Shown: positions 18,264 to 28,199, numbered from the stretch's first letter. The stretch is 64,000 nucleotides of DNA from an uncultured virus (IMG/VR IMGVR_UViG_3300033067_002319) (IMGVR_UViG_3300033067_002319), one strand, 5' to 3'. Notes: generated from the letters alone by a model not told the origin. Translations and numbers: made by a program.

Positions 18264-19120
18264 ACCTTGCGGTACTCCGTCGTCGCGATCTCCGACCCGT
18301 CTTTGTGCTTCGAGATCATGTAGTCGCCGAAGAACTCGGGCGCCACCGTCTGCAAGATCTTCACGGCCTTGATGAAGGGCCTTCGAATCGCCACGTCGGC
18401 AGACGGCGCCGCGCGCATCTCGATCATGTGCCGCCATGCACGCGCATTGGCGGTGACGACGATGGGAGCCTCGACCCAGTTGGGCAGCACGCGGCGCGAG
18501 GCGCTCTGGAGGCGCTTGCGGTACTCGGTCTTCTCTTCATCGGCGTTCTGGGGCAACACCTCTTTGTAGAGCTCGATCCACTTGGAGTAGCGGTAGTAGT
18601 CCGCCTCCATGTCTTTCAGAGCCTCTTCAACGAGCTTGGGATGCCCCTGGATGTCGAACGGCATGCAGAACCTGATCCGGTCGAGTCCCACGTAGCGCTG
18701 GCTCACCTGGGAGTATCCGGCGATGCGGTGACGCACCTTCTCGTGCGTGACGGCGCGGTCGATGCCGTAGAACAGCATCGAGTAGTTGGTATGCTCGATG
18801 ATGGAGCCGTGCTTCTGCTCCAACACGGCGTTCTTGAAGTACTTGTCCTTGTCCTTGTGCTTCGTGCGCTTGGGTCCAAGCGACAAGTAGCAGAGCTGTC
18901 CGGCGAACATGCCGAGGGCGCCACCGTCGGAGACGACCTTGTTGTGGAGCGCGTCTGCGCAATCGTAGTGGTAATGCTTGAACTCCTCCTCGTAGCCGTC
19001 GAGGAAGCCCTTGATGCCGGACGGCTCGAATCGCGTCTGGGCGATGAGCGAGACGCCGGGCTCAAGGCAATAGCGGACGTTGCCGACCTTGTTGAAGGTC
19101 GTGTCGAATGAGTAGGTCAT
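18260..19120 (-). CDS. thyX: flavin-dependent thymidylate synthase
   Basis: HGSIIEH, R---HE-VRHR---YSQVSQRY, NARAWRH---MR. Confidence 0.95.
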   Translation of the reverse strand: MTYSFDTTFNKVGNVRYCLEPGVSLIAQTRFEPSGIKGFLDGYEEEFKHYHYDCADALHNKVVSDGGALGMFAGQLCYLSLGPKRTKHKDKDKYFKNAVLEQKHGSIIEHTNYSMLFYGIDRAVTHEKVRHRIAGYSQVSQRYVGLDRIRFCMPFDIQGHPKLVEEALKDMEADYYRYSKWIELYKEVLPQNADEEKTEYRKRLQSASRRVLPNWVEAPIVVTANARAWRHMIEMRAAPSADVAIRRPFIKAVKILQTVAPEFFGDYMISKHKDGSEIATTEYRKV

Positions 19121-19132
19121 GCCTGGATTTCC

Positions 19133-19585
19133 TTAGACGAAGGCGCCGTCGCAGATGGCGCAGCGCGCATCATTACGTTTGATGGCGTAGAGGGATCGGA
19201 GCGTGATGCACTCGGGGTGCGCGTCAAAGCACGCTCCCGGGTGCACGAGGTCTTTGTTGCGCATCACGAACGCCAGCGGCGCTGGGAACGATACGCCGTA
19301 AACAGCCGCGCGAATCAAGCCCACGTCGGCGGACAGCTTGTCGCTCAAGGTCTTGCGTACGGTGTGTTCGTTGAACTCACCCACGCACGAGAGCGGCCCG
19401 CTGGCCTGGGTGCGTAGCACGGCGTAGCCGTCTGGCAGGCGTCGGAGCTCGTAACGGGCGCCGCTGGGGACCGTGGCGTAGCGCTTGTTCAACTCCACAC
19501 TGACAGCCGTGCAGCCGTGGAATTTTTCTGCTTGAGCGCGCGGGATGCGCACTGAAATGGTGGTAGGGACGAAGGGGTATTCCAT
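19133..19585 (-). CDS. hypothetical protein
   Basis: GGAG RBS; C-terminal CxxC. Confidence 0.5.
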   Translation of the reverse strand: MEYPFVPTTISVRIPRAQAEKFHGCTAVSVELNKRYATVPSGARYELRRLPDGYAVLRTQASGPLSCVGEFNEHTVRKTLSDKLSADVGLIRAAVYGVSFPAPLAFVMRNKDLVHPGACFDAHPECITLRSLYAIKRNDARCAICDGAFV

Positions 19586-19776
19586 GGAGTCTCCAAAAGA
19601 GCGAGCCCGAGTGCGGGGAGGGTGGAAGCCAACCCATCCGCACTCGGGCTCTTGGATGTTGAAACGAGGGAGGGAAGACACGGAAAGCACTGTACCCTAA
19701 GATTTCTCCTTTTGGGTACAATACCTAACGAAAATCGTCACCAACCTGATCGCGTCTAGCCGCGTCGCGTAACGGG

Positions 19777-19914
19777 CTACTTCTTCGCCGACTTCTTCGC
19801 TGCCGGGGCCTTCTTCGCTGCGGGCTTGGTTGCCTTCGCGACCTTGGGGGTTGCGGGCTTCTTCGCTGCCGGGGCCTTCGCTGCCTTGGGCGCCGTCTTC
19901 TTTGCCGTTGCCAT
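19777..19914 (-). CDS. histone H1-like Lys/Ala/Pro-rich peptide (45 aa)
   Basis: MATAKKTAPKAAKAPAAKKPATPKVAKATKPAAKKAPAAKKSAKK; AGGAGGT RBS; below ORF-track cutoff. Confidence 0.8.
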   Translation of the reverse strand: MATAKKTAPKAAKAPAAKKPATPKVAKATKPAAKKAPAAKKSAKK

Positions 19915-19952
19915 CTTCAATCACCTCCTTCCTGTTTTGGTTGAATCTTGCA

Positions 19953-20501
19953 CTATGCCAGCTTTCCGCCGTGGCGGAAGGGGCGTGTGCGGTTGTAGCG
20001 CATCTTGCGGGCCGTGGCGGACGCCAGGTCCACACCCAGCTCGCCTGCCAGGTCGAGCAGACGCACCTGGACGTCGGCCAATTCGGCCGGGAAGCCCTCG
20101 GGCTTCTCCAGCTCGCTCGGGTCCGCGTGGTCGTTGTACGGACGAAGCTGTCCATGTTCGTCGATCGAGTAGTCCTGATCGAGCCTCGGGAACATCTTGT
20201 CCCGCGCCACTTCCAAAGCCTCGGAGACCTCGCTCGCGATCAAGGCAAGCTTCGAAAGCACCGGCGTGCCTTTGGTGCGCTCGCCGCCCATGCTCTCCTG
20301 AACGCGCTTGAGCAGGGCCTCGACTTCAGGCGGCATGCTGGCGCCGCTCGTTTCGAGGGCCTTGGCGATGTCGGCGTAAAGCACTTCCTCCTTGTGCCAT
20401 CCCTTTGCTTCGCTGTTGTCCCAGCACTCTTTCTGGAGCTGTCGGAACATCTGCTGCGCGGCTACGTCCGAATCGAATCGCATTTCTCGCTTGTCGCTCA
20501 C
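19953..20501 (-). CDS. MazG-like NTP pyrophosphohydrolase
   Basis: AKGWH, LALIASEVSEALE, KPEGFPAELAD--VRLLD, KMRYN-TRPFRHG. Confidence 0.85.
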   Translation of the reverse strand: MSDKREMRFDSDVAAQQMFRQLQKECWDNSEAKGWHKEEVLYADIAKALETSGASMPPEVEALLKRVQESMGGERTKGTPVLSKLALIASEVSEALEVARDKMFPRLDQDYSIDEHGQLRPYNDHADPSELEKPEGFPAELADVQVRLLDLAGELGVDLASATARKMRYNRTRPFRHGGKLA

Positions 20502-20818
20502 GTCTCTTTGTTCTTCCTGCTCGGCCATGTGTTTGGGTGCTTGAGGAAGTGCTTCTCCACCGAAGGCGGCAGGCGACCCCGCAACTGGAAGCACCGGGCG
20601 ACCGCGTCTTGAGGCATCTTCAACACCTCGCAGAGCTTCTCCAGCTTCGCGACACCGACCGGCCTCTTGCCTCGCTCAATGTCACACAAGAACGGGACTT
20701 TCAAGCCCGCTCTCTCCGCCACTTCCCTCAGCACCCATTGCCTCTCGCGCCGAGCGCTGCGGAGCAATTGACCCAGTTCTTGCAGCCGGGCGGCCTTGGC
20801 CGCTTGTGCCTTCTTCAT
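20498..20818 (-). CDS. XRE-family HTH regulator
   Basis: LGQLLRSAR...LREVAERAGL---FLCDIERGKR. Confidence 0.85.
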   Translation of the reverse strand: MKKAQAAKAARLQELGQLLRSARRERQWVLREVAERAGLKVPFLCDIERGKRPVGVAKLEKLCEVLKMPQDAVARCFQLRGRLPPSVEKHFLKHPNTWPSRKNKET

Positions 20819-20834
20819 TGCCTCGCCCTGCTGT

Positions 20835-21182
20835 TTACCGCTCCGCATAAAGCACACTCCACTCCGCCAGTGTAAGGAACGCCGGCTCCTTGTTCACGGA
20901 GTCCGAGTGCCACCAACCGCCCGCGATCTGGGAAAGCTGCTCAAGATCCTCGACTTCGTCGGGATCCATCACCTTTGGTCCGTGCAAGACAGCTTTCCAC
21001 AGAATCACGGGCAGGTCCTCGGTCCACTCCGCTTGCAGGTACTTCCTGCCAGCCTCGCGCATGCGGACGAGCAGAAACTCACGGGCAAGCTCGCGGAGGC
21101 TGGCTACAACGCCGCGAAGCTCGTCGCGGTCGTCGGCTTCGAAGATGGAGAGCTCTGCGTCGTTGTAGTAGTGGTTTCTCAC
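20835..21182 (-). CDS. hypothetical protein
   Basis: ORF, TACCTT-N8-GTG. Confidence 0.55.
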   Translation of the reverse strand: MRNHYYNDAELSIFEADDRDELRGVVASLRELAREFLLVRMREAGRKYLQAEWTEDLPVILWKAVLHGPKVMDPDEVEDLEQLSQIAGGWWHSDSVNKEPAFLTLAEWSVLYAER

Positions 21183-21221
21183 TTCAAGGGAAGGTAAACA
21201 TGCGGGGTCGAGGGTGTCTAG

Positions 21222-21422
21222 TCAGTCTTCGTATTCAACCGCTGAGCATTCCGGACCGAGGGTGTGTGAGTACTCAAACGCGTCGTCAACGACCTTTCCG
21301 TCTCTGGTCTCCAGCAGCACATGCAGTGCGGCGATTGTCTCTTGATCGGTCGCATCATCAGGCACTTCGATTTCATACGTCTGAATCCAGACCTCACTTA
21401 CGGCGACTTTCTTGAGCTTCAT
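21222..21422 (-). CDS. small acidic hypothetical protein
   Basis: TGATG coupling to upstream gene. Confidence 0.5.
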   Translation of the reverse strand: MKLKKVAVSEVWIQTYEIEVPDDATDQETIAALHVLLETRDGKVVDDAFEYSHTLGPECSAVEYED

Positions 21423-22441
21423 CAGTCCGTGTCTCCTTCCGCATTCCAGCTCCCCGTGCTCAGGTTCTTCACAACCCGAAACCACGTCTTGCCGTCCCCG
21501 AGCTTCAAGGTCCCGTGTGACGCGTCGCGCATGAGGCCCTTGACGTACACGTGCCCGCCGTCGCACACCATGCGCGAGACGCGGTGCCGTTGGGTGCGGA
21601 ACGTACTCAAGTACCCGGCCTTCTTGGTGGTCTCGTACTGCTCGTCCGCATCGGCCGAGATCAGAGGAATCCCCGGCGCGGTGTCCGTGGTGTCTTCCTT
21701 GGCCACCTCCTTCACGCTCTTGATGACCTGATCGGACTTGAACTTCTTGTCCGACGCAGGAACCAGGAACCACTCGCCCTGGCGGAGCGTCGTCTCCGGG
21801 AGTCCTGCCGGCCTCAGCGCCGCCAGGGCTTCGTCGACGGTCTTGACCTTCTTCTTGGTCTTGGGGAGCTTGGCGAGGAAGAAGTTCCTGCGGTGCGGAT
21901 CGTCGTTTCGGTCGAGGCCGGAGACGTAGGAGTTCCCCTCGACGCGGAAGAGAGTCTCGCCGAGGAAGTGAAGCTGACGAAGGTGGCACCTCCGGCTGTT
22001 CTCGAACACGTGGGATCGATGGCACTCCTTTCGTACGCAGGGCACCCGCTTCTCTTCCGTCCTGTCCGGCGTCGTGTCCACCAGGTGGATGTCATTGAAG
22101 TTCCAGAGCGCCGCCGACCCGAGTGCCGTGAACGGCACCAGTCCCGTTCGGATGTTCGGGAACTTCTTGAGCACCTGCCGCAGGTCAGCCTGCTGTGCCC
22201 TTGTGGTCCTGGACGGCCCGTTGTCCCCGTTCACGAGCAGCTCTCCGTCACGGAGCCAACGGGCGAGCGGCCAGTATTCATACGACAAGAGCACGGAAGC
22301 CTCGACGTCGTAGGACATCTGTCGCGTGCCCTTCTCCGAAGCAAGAGGCCCCGGCATCCTTCCGTCGATCTTCGGCGCCCAGGACTTCTTGAACGGCTGC
22401 TTCGTGAGAAACCCCGTTGCGATTGCGTACGTGTCGGTCAT
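21422..22441 (-). CDS. hypothetical protein
   Basis: 339 aa, strong codon bias; RQGEWFLVP motif. Confidence 0.75.
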   Translation of the reverse strand: MTDTYAIATGFLTKQPFKKSWAPKIDGRMPGPLASEKGTRQMSYDVEASVLLSYEYWPLARWLRDGELLVNGDNGPSRTTRAQQADLRQVLKKFPNIRTGLVPFTALGSAALWNFNDIHLVDTTPDRTEEKRVPCVRKECHRSHVFENSRRCHLRQLHFLGETLFRVEGNSYVSGLDRNDDPHRRNFFLAKLPKTKKKVKTVDEALAALRPAGLPETTLRQGEWFLVPASDKKFKSDQVIKSVKEVAKEDTTDTAPGIPLISADADEQYETTKKAGYLSTFRTQRHRVSRMVCDGGHVYVKGLMRDASHGTLKLGDGKTWFRVVKNLSTGSWNAEGDTD

Positions 22442-22938
22442 CGAATTACCTTCACTTCTTTCTCGCCGTCCTTTTTTACGGCGTATTGAACCTTCCCGTA
22501 GATCGTGTCGCGTGTGGCCTGGACGGTGACGTTGGTGCCGAAAAGCGCACGAAGCACATCACCCATAACTCCGTACTCCAAAGCCCGTCGAACTCGCGTG
22601 CTTTCGCGATCGAACTCCTTCACGCTCTCGAAAAGCGCGTCCGATTCCTCCTCGGAGCTTCCTTCCTTGAGGAAACCTTCGTCGCCGTGGACGAGCCCGT
22701 TCTTGAAATAGACCGAGGAGTTTCGCACTTTGAGGTACCCATCAGGCCCCGATCCCTGCCACCATTCAACTTGATCGATGACGTAGTGCGGACCGTTTGT
22801 AGGCTTGATGCTCCATCCATCTGCCGCGAACACCAGCTCGTGAAGGATCTCTTCGAGTGCTTCCTTCGCCAAAACGCGCAACAATTCTTGATACGCGGCT
22901 TGAGTGTGGCGGATGAGATCAAATTTCGTGGTCTTCAC
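22438..22938 (-). CDS. hypothetical protein
   Basis: GGAGGAGG RBS, GTGA coupling. Confidence 0.6.
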   Translation of the reverse strand: MKTTKFDLIRHTQAAYQELLRVLAKEALEEILHELVFAADGWSIKPTNGPHYVIDQVEWWQGSGPDGYLKVRNSSVYFKNGLVHGDEGFLKEGSSEEESDALFESVKEFDRESTRVRRALEYGVMGDVLRALFGTNVTVQATRDTIYGKVQYAVKKDGEKEVKVIR

Positions 22939-23465
22939 TCGTCCTCCTCCTTCGCCCGAACTTCCCCCACCATCAGTTGCGTCGAGTCCCCCTCGTTGGT
23001 CGTGAGGAACCATCCCTGTTCATCGAAGACCTTTTGAACTTCGACGTTCCAGACCTCGTCATCGCGAGCTTCTGCCGAGCCGCAGCCCTCGCAACGCGAG
23101 CACTGAGTAGTGCCGGTGTCGTTCAGCTTCGAGGCTCGATCCCGCTTGGCACTCCAACGAGGAGTCCAATCGTTCTTCATGCCCTGGAGAATCGCGCGCT
23201 TGCGGCGTCCCGCGCGCTTCTTGACCACCCGGCTCTTGATCAGCGGTTTACGCACGCCCGTGCCTCCGCAACACGGGCAACCTTTCAAGTTCCCAGAGGC
23301 GAACGGCGCGTAGTACTTCCCGCTCGGCGTGAGCGAGAACACCGATCCCAAGTAGATCTGGCGCTCCTCGTAGTCCGTGCCGCACTCAGGTCCGTCTTCC
23401 CACTCTTCCTCGTCGAGGGCCTTTCGGATCGCGGTGAGGTCGAGCCCGTGTTCAATCCGTTTCAT
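22935..23465 (-). CDS. hypothetical protein with CxxCxGxG motifs
   Basis: CPCCGGTG, CSRCEGCG. Confidence 0.65.
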   Translation of the reverse strand: MKRIEHGLDLTAIRKALDEEEWEDGPECGTDYEERQIYLGSVFSLTPSGKYYAPFASGNLKGCPCCGGTGVRKPLIKSRVVKKRAGRRKRAILQGMKNDWTPRWSAKRDRASKLNDTGTTQCSRCEGCGSAEARDDEVWNVEVQKVFDEQGWFLTTNEGDSTQLMVGEVRAKEEDE

Positions 23466-24012
23466 CGATCACTCCAATCTCCCCAGCCGCCCTCTTGAGC
23501 GCTCCGATACCTCCCTTGCCCGCCGCGCTGTACGGCGTGCCGGAGAGCTTCGAAGCTTCCACGAGCGTGCTCCATTGGGCGTGGCTGAGAAGCTCTTGCA
23601 GCAGGATTACGCCCGCGTAGGCGTGGTTTCGGATCTGCGTCGCGTACTTGTGCCGTTCGGCACTGTTCCGTGTGTCGTCGTCGCTGCCCCAAACAACCGG
23701 CCGACCGAGGTACTCTGCGAACGCCTTGCGCTTCTCCTCGACGGCGATGCCGCCGAAGATGAGAATGGGCGGCAATTGGGGCTTGGGAACCTCAAGTACT
23801 TCGGGGGACAGGAGTCGATCGACTTCCTCTCGAAGCTTGCGAGCTGCGTCCGATTGGACTGCCGCGTCGCCGGGCAGCCCGTAAGGCCGCAGGTAGCTGT
23901 CGAGAGCGTCATGCGTAACGGAGTCCTCATAGTTCATGAGAACTTCACGAACCCGGGAGGCTCCGTCACGCAAACGAGTCAGGCAACGAGCCAGGAGGGC
24001 TTCAAGGGACAT
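23452..24012 (-). CDS. hypothetical protein
   Basis: Overlap-coupled ORF. Confidence 0.6.
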   Translation of the reverse strand: MSLEALLARCLTRLRDGASRVREVLMNYEDSVTHDALDSYLRPYGLPGDAAVQSDAARKLREEVDRLLSPEVLEVPKPQLPPILIFGGIAVEEKRKAFAEYLGRPVVWGSDDDTRNSAERHKYATQIRNHAYAGVILLQELLSHAQWSTLVEASKLSGTPYSAAGKGGIGALKRAAGEIGVIDETD

Positions 24013-24301
24013 CGCGGAGTAGATCGATCAAGCCCTCGACACGTGTCAGGACTTCAGTTGCGTCGTTCTTGACATCGACGAGGGTGTCACGAACATTTTG
24101 CATCGTGACATCTCCCGCTTTGACATCGGCTTGCGGGTGCTCGATGATGTACCGCACGCTGGCGATATTGTTGCACTTACCAATAAAGTCCTTGTACTGC
24201 CGGAATACATCTTCGAGCGTGCCCGCCAGCGCGTAGTCCGTCGTGGGCATGTCCGGCTGCCGCAGCTCGACCTCGACCACGAAGCGCCTTTTGTCATTCA
24301 T
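24002..24301 (-). CDS. hypothetical protein
   Basis: GGAGG RBS before MNDKRR. Confidence 0.55.
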   Translation of the reverse strand: MNDKRRFVVEVELRQPDMPTTDYALAGTLEDVFRQYKDFIGKCNNIASVRYIIEHPQADVKAGDVTMQNVRDTLVDVKNDATEVLTRVEGLIDLLRDVP

Positions 24302-25802
24302 GTTCGTCCTCCTCCTTTTTCTTGTCGAAGTACCTGATCTCATCCGTGTACGTCTTCGCGAGGCTCCCATCCTGCCTCGGTACGCGCACGAGGTAGAGCT
24401 CCTTCTTCGCCCGCGTCGCGGCGACGTAGTAGAGGTTCTCACCCTCCACCGAGTTCACTTTGAATGTCGTCTCCAACATCCACACACGATCGAACTCCAG
24501 CCCCTTGGCCTTGTGCGTCGTCATGCACGGGATGCTGCGCGGGTCGTTGGCGACCTCGTCATCGCTGAAGAGGTCTCCCATCCGCCGGCGCAACCCACCG
24601 AGGTTCGAGCACCCCTCCGAGATTGCACGCAACGCTTCGAGATTGTCGTGGAGCTCGTCGATCTCGTCTTCTTTCTTGGCGGCCTCCAGGCGCTCGCTCT
24701 CGTTGTGAACGTACTCGGTCAACGCGTTGAGCGCGTCCCTGATGTCGTGGTGATGCCGCACGCGCTGGATCAGCTTCTCCAGGTGGGTGCCGATGTCGCG
24801 CCCGATGATGCGCGCGCGCTTCCCCTGCGCCAGGAGCGCGAACGCGTACTTGGTGAGTGCGGCGTTGGTGCGGCTGATGACGGCGTCTCCCGCAGCCACT
24901 CCTGCCAGGAACTCCCGCTCCGATTTGGGCTGTACGAGACCCTCGGCGGCACCCGGTGCGGCTTCGAAGTCCGGGACGAACTTCTTCACGAGGTCGACGA
25001 CGTTGGTGGGGCAGCGGTACGTCACCGAGAGCGGCAAGACTGTAGCTTTGAGCACCTTGATGAGGTTGCCCATTGCGTCAGAGTCGGCGCCTCGGAAGCC
25101 GTAGAGGGCCTGCTTATCGTCGCCGAACGCGAAGATGCGTCCGCCGGGCTTTACGGCGTTGAGGGCGATGCGGTATTGGGAGGCGTTGAGGTCCTGAGCT
25201 TCGTCGATGAAGACGTTGTCGTACGAGCCCGTACGCAGGTTCAGGAACGCGGGAATGTAGATCTGCTCGTCGAACGAGACCCTGAGTTGGTCCCCGTCGC
25301 GCACAATTTTCATGATGCGCTGGACCGTATTGAGCATCAGCTCTTCTTGATTCGGCACCGCCGGGGCGAGGTTGTGCCGGTACATGAGGTTGCCGATGTC
25401 GTCGAACGTTTCGAGCAGATGTGCCATCGACAGCGACAGCAGCTTCGAAGTGTCCCCCCAAAGCGCCTTGTTGTCGTAGCCCATGACCCCCTGTACGAGG
25501 TCGCGGATCTTGTACTTGTCGATCTCCAGGCGGTGGCCTGCCTGACGGTTGAGGGCCGCGTAGCCCATCTGATGCATGGTTTGCACGGAGACGTTGGACA
25601 GCTGCATCTTTTGCTGCATCTCGTCTCGGATCTTCGAGTTGAAGGCGCACACGAGATTCCGGGTGTTCGCCGGCAACCGGCTGGCGAGCTCCCTGATTGT
25701 GGCGCTCTTGCCCGTTCCGGCACGGGCCATCACGACGCCATTTCCGGTCTCGTTGATGCCGTACTCGAAGATCTTCTCTTGGTAGCGGTTCCAGATTGTC
25801 AA
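24294..25802 (-). CDS. UvrD/Rep-like SF1 helicase
   Basis: ARAGTGKS, DEAQD, GDDKQALYGFRGA, TYRCP, THKAKGLEF, YVAATRAK. Confidence 0.95.
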   Translation of the reverse strand: MTIWNRYQEKIFEYGINETGNGVVMARAGTGKSATIRELASRLPANTRNLVCAFNSKIRDEMQQKMQLSNVSVQTMHQMGYAALNRQAGHRLEIDKYKIRDLVQGVMGYDNKALWGDTSKLLSLSMAHLLETFDDIGNLMYRHNLAPAVPNQEELMLNTVQRIMKIVRDGDQLRVSFDEQIYIPAFLNLRTGSYDNVFIDEAQDLNASQYRIALNAVKPGGRIFAFGDDKQALYGFRGADSDAMGNLIKVLKATVLPLSVTYRCPTNVVDLVKKFVPDFEAAPGAAEGLVQPKSEREFLAGVAAGDAVISRTNAALTKYAFALLAQGKRARIIGRDIGTHLEKLIQRVRHHHDIRDALNALTEYVHNESERLEAAKKEDEIDELHDNLEALRAISEGCSNLGGLRRRMGDLFSDDEVANDPRSIPCMTTHKAKGLEFDRVWMLETTFKVNSVEGENLYYVAATRAKKELYLVRVPRQDGSLAKTYTDEIRYFDKKKEEDEHE

Positions 25803-25814
25803 ACGACGCTCCTG

Positions 25815-26465
25815 TTACGTGTTGGCGATGAGCTCGATGAGCGTTGACGCGGGTTGAATGCGCCCCAAGAGGATGTTCGAGAAGCGCTCGACGAACTGGT
25901 TGTAGAGGTTCCTCTGCTCAATCCCCACAGTCGCCGAAGGCAAGCTGTAGCGCTTCAGAAGTAGACCCGCACAGGAGAGAATCTCCGTTCGGAAGTACGC
26001 CACCGGTACCGACAGTTTCGATAGAGTCTCGAACTCCTCGATCATCTTGTCGGCGAGCTCTTTGATCTCCTCGCTGTCGTGCGTGGGTCGGTTGTAACGC
26101 CCGAGCAGGCCGTAGATCTGCAAGTACACCGTACTGTCGAGGTTGAAGTACTTTCGGCAGACGGCGGCGAAGAAGGTGTGGATCTTGCCGCACGCTTCAA
26201 AGCTGTCGTACTTCTCGAAGAACTCCTCCAACGTCACCTTGGCGAGTTCCTTGGTGAGCGCTGTGACACAAGGCTCAAGCTCTTTGAGCACGGACTCCAT
26301 GCGCGAGGCAAGTTGCCAGCGCCGGTTGTGGTCGTGTTGTGGTTCTTTGTACTCGTGACTCTCCTGCGTCTCACGCACGAGCGGTCGGAGCTTTCCGAGT
26401 TCGGAATCTGCTCGGCAGGCGGCTTGGTACACGTCTTCTCGGGTCTTCTGCTTCATCTCTTTCAT
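25815..26465 (-). CDS. hypothetical protein
   Basis: 216-aa helical ORF. Confidence 0.65.
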   Translation of the reverse strand: MKEMKQKTREDVYQAACRADSELGKLRPLVRETQESHEYKEPQHDHNRRWQLASRMESVLKELEPCVTALTKELAKVTLEEFFEKYDSFEACGKIHTFFAAVCRKYFNLDSTVYLQIYGLLGRYNRPTHDSEEIKELADKMIEEFETLSKLSVPVAYFRTEILSCAGLLLKRYSLPSATVGIEQRNLYNQFVERFSNILLGRIQPASTLIELIANT

Positions 26466-26487
26466 CCTTTCATGGTCTCTAACGCCA

Positions 26488-26519
26488 AGAGGCGCAGAGG
26501 ATCACTCCCCTGCGCCTCT
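26488..26519. terminator. intergenic GC-rich hairpin
   Basis: AGAGGCGCAG...CTGCGCCTCT. Confidence 0.5.
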
Positions 26520-26538
26520 CGGTTCTTGTGTCACACGA

Positions 26539-26772
26539 TCACGTGGCCGGTGTCTCGCCCTTCTTCGGCGGCTTCTCGCCCGTGAGCTCGTACTTGAACT
26601 CCGGGTACTCCTCGACCAGGTCGGCGGCGACGGCGGGGTAGAGCTTGCGGAGCAAACGAAGCTTGGACTTCGCGGCGGACTCCGCGTTCTTGGCGATCAT
26701 GCCGTCGTAGCTGGCCTTCTGTGCATCGGCCATGGCGTTCGTCATTTGGGTGCGGGGCTCTTCTTGAGACAT
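26539..26772 (-). CDS. hypothetical protein
   Basis: AAGGAG RBS; upstream TTGACG-N17-TAAGAG promoter-like site. Confidence 0.65.
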   Translation of the reverse strand: MSQEEPRTQMTNAMADAQKASYDGMIAKNAESAAKSKLRLLRKLYPAVAADLVEEYPEFKYELTGEKPPKKGETPAT

Positions 26773-26845
26773 GTGATGAAACTCCTTTAGTGAGAGATGC
26801 AACACCCTCTTACCGGCTTGGGTAAAGGGCGTCAACGGTGGTTGA

Positions 26846-27067
26846 TCAACGTGCTCCGAGGAGCACGTTGAGGTAGTCGATGACCGCGTTTTCCAAACGC
26901 TGAGTCCCCGCTTCGAGCACCTCTTCCATCTTGTTGACCTCTTCTTGCACGTCTTGACCGCGCAAGATTGTGAGGCGGGCTCGAATGGCTTGAACCGTCT
27001 CCAGATCTGGAATGATCTTCGTACGGAAGATTGAAGACGTGTGCGGCGTCCGTTTAAGCTTGTTCAT
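26846..27067 (-). CDS. hypothetical protein
   Basis: GGAGG 8 nt before ATG 27067. Confidence 0.55.
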   Translation of the reverse strand: MNKLKRTPHTSSIFRTKIIPDLETVQAIRARLTILRGQDVQEEVNKMEEVLEAGTQRLENAVIDYLNVLLGAR

Positions 27068-27761
27068 GCGCATAACCTCCTTGGTTGTCGTGAATCACTC
27101 CAAGACCGTCAACGACGACGAGCTGTCCGCCTTCGTCAACGCCCTTGGAGTGCAGTTGCAGCGGGATGCATCTCCTGCGTGGGGCCGGTACGTAGTGCCG
27201 TGGGTGGCGCGAGCAGACGCCAAGCTCATCAGCGCCGACAGCTGGCGCTTGAACGTGTGGGACGACCCGCCCGCCTACGAGGGGTTGATGGGACGTCACG
27301 GTACCGACGGAAAGGACTACGTTCCCACAGGCCACGTGTACGTGAATCTCTGCCGTCTCAACAAGTTCCCCTGGACCGCCGTGGCCTCCCACGAAGCCCT
27401 GGAGATGCTCGGGAACGAGGGCCTCAACCTTGACGTCGCACGGTGGCGTTCCGACGGTGTGATGGAGCTTTGGCCGCGCGAGCTTTGCGACGCGGTACAG
27501 GGCGTCTTGTACGACGTAAACGGCGTCAAGGTGTCGGACTTTGTCCTTCCGGAGTACTTCCATGAAGGCTCCGACGGGCCCTTCGATTTCTGCCGAGCGC
27601 TCAAGCAAGCCTTCGAGATTCACCCGTCGGGCTATTCTTCAGTCCTCGAAGTGAAGGACGGGATGGCGAAGCGCAAGAACTTGTTCGGCGCAGCTTGCCC
27701 GGACTGGAATAAAAACCTGGCGGGCTCGCGCCGGAACGCACACTGGAGACACATCACATGA
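27066..27761 (+). CDS. putative zincin-like metallopeptidase
   Basis: G-H...ASHEALEM...ELCDAV...VKVSDFVLP-YF (HExxE variant). Confidence 0.6.
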   Translation: MRITSLVVVNHSKTVNDDELSAFVNALGVQLQRDASPAWGRYVVPWVARADAKLISADSWRLNVWDDPPAYEGLMGRHGTDGKDYVPTGHVYVNLCRLNKFPWTAVASHEALEMLGNEGLNLDVARWRSDGVMELWPRELCDAVQGVLYDVNGVKVSDFVLPEYFHEGSDGPFDFCRALKQAFEIHPSGYSSVLEVKDGMAKRKNLFGAACPDWNKNLAGSRRNAHWRHIT

Positions 27762-28198
27762 AGCGCCTCGTTCTGATCGCCCTCTTGCTCCTCCCCCAAG
27801 CCGGTTGCGCCGCCTGGTTCGACCTTCTGCGCACCAACCCGATCGCCGCCCTCCAGCAGGGCGCCGGGTACATCGGCACCGCCGCGCAGCTCGCGCGCAC
27901 GGCGTTCGACGCGTGGGCCGCCATGAACCCCGAGGCTGCCGTGGACGCTCGCCCGCGTTTCCAGCAGGTGATGGGCCAGGTCGACCGTGGGTTGATGGTG
28001 GGTCAGGACGCGCTGTCGATCGCCGCGCACGCCAGCGCGCCGGCTCCGGATGCGAACGAGCTTCTGAAGGACGCCCATTCGGCGATGGGCAACTTGCACG
28101 AGTTCTTGTCCGGGCTCAAGATGCCCCCCGGCGGCGCGATGGACTCGACGATGATCGAGGCCCTCCGCGCCACCGAGAAGGCATCTCACCCGCTCTGA
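27758..28198 (+). CDS. putative lipoprotein
   Basis: MKRLVLIALLLLPQAG-C signal peptide with lipobox-like Cys. Confidence 0.6.
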   Translation: MKRLVLIALLLLPQAGCAAWFDLLRTNPIAALQQGAGYIGTAAQLARTAFDAWAAMNPEAAVDARPRFQQVMGQVDRGLMVGQDALSIAAHASAPAPDANELLKDAHSAMGNLHEFLSGLKMPPGGAMDSTMIEALRATEKASHPL

Positions 28199-28199
28199 A

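Noticed and set aside
19691..19720. TGTACCC...GGGTACA inverted repeat as a fourth copy of the bipartite motif
   Set aside because: Boxes and spacing do not match; single short repeat
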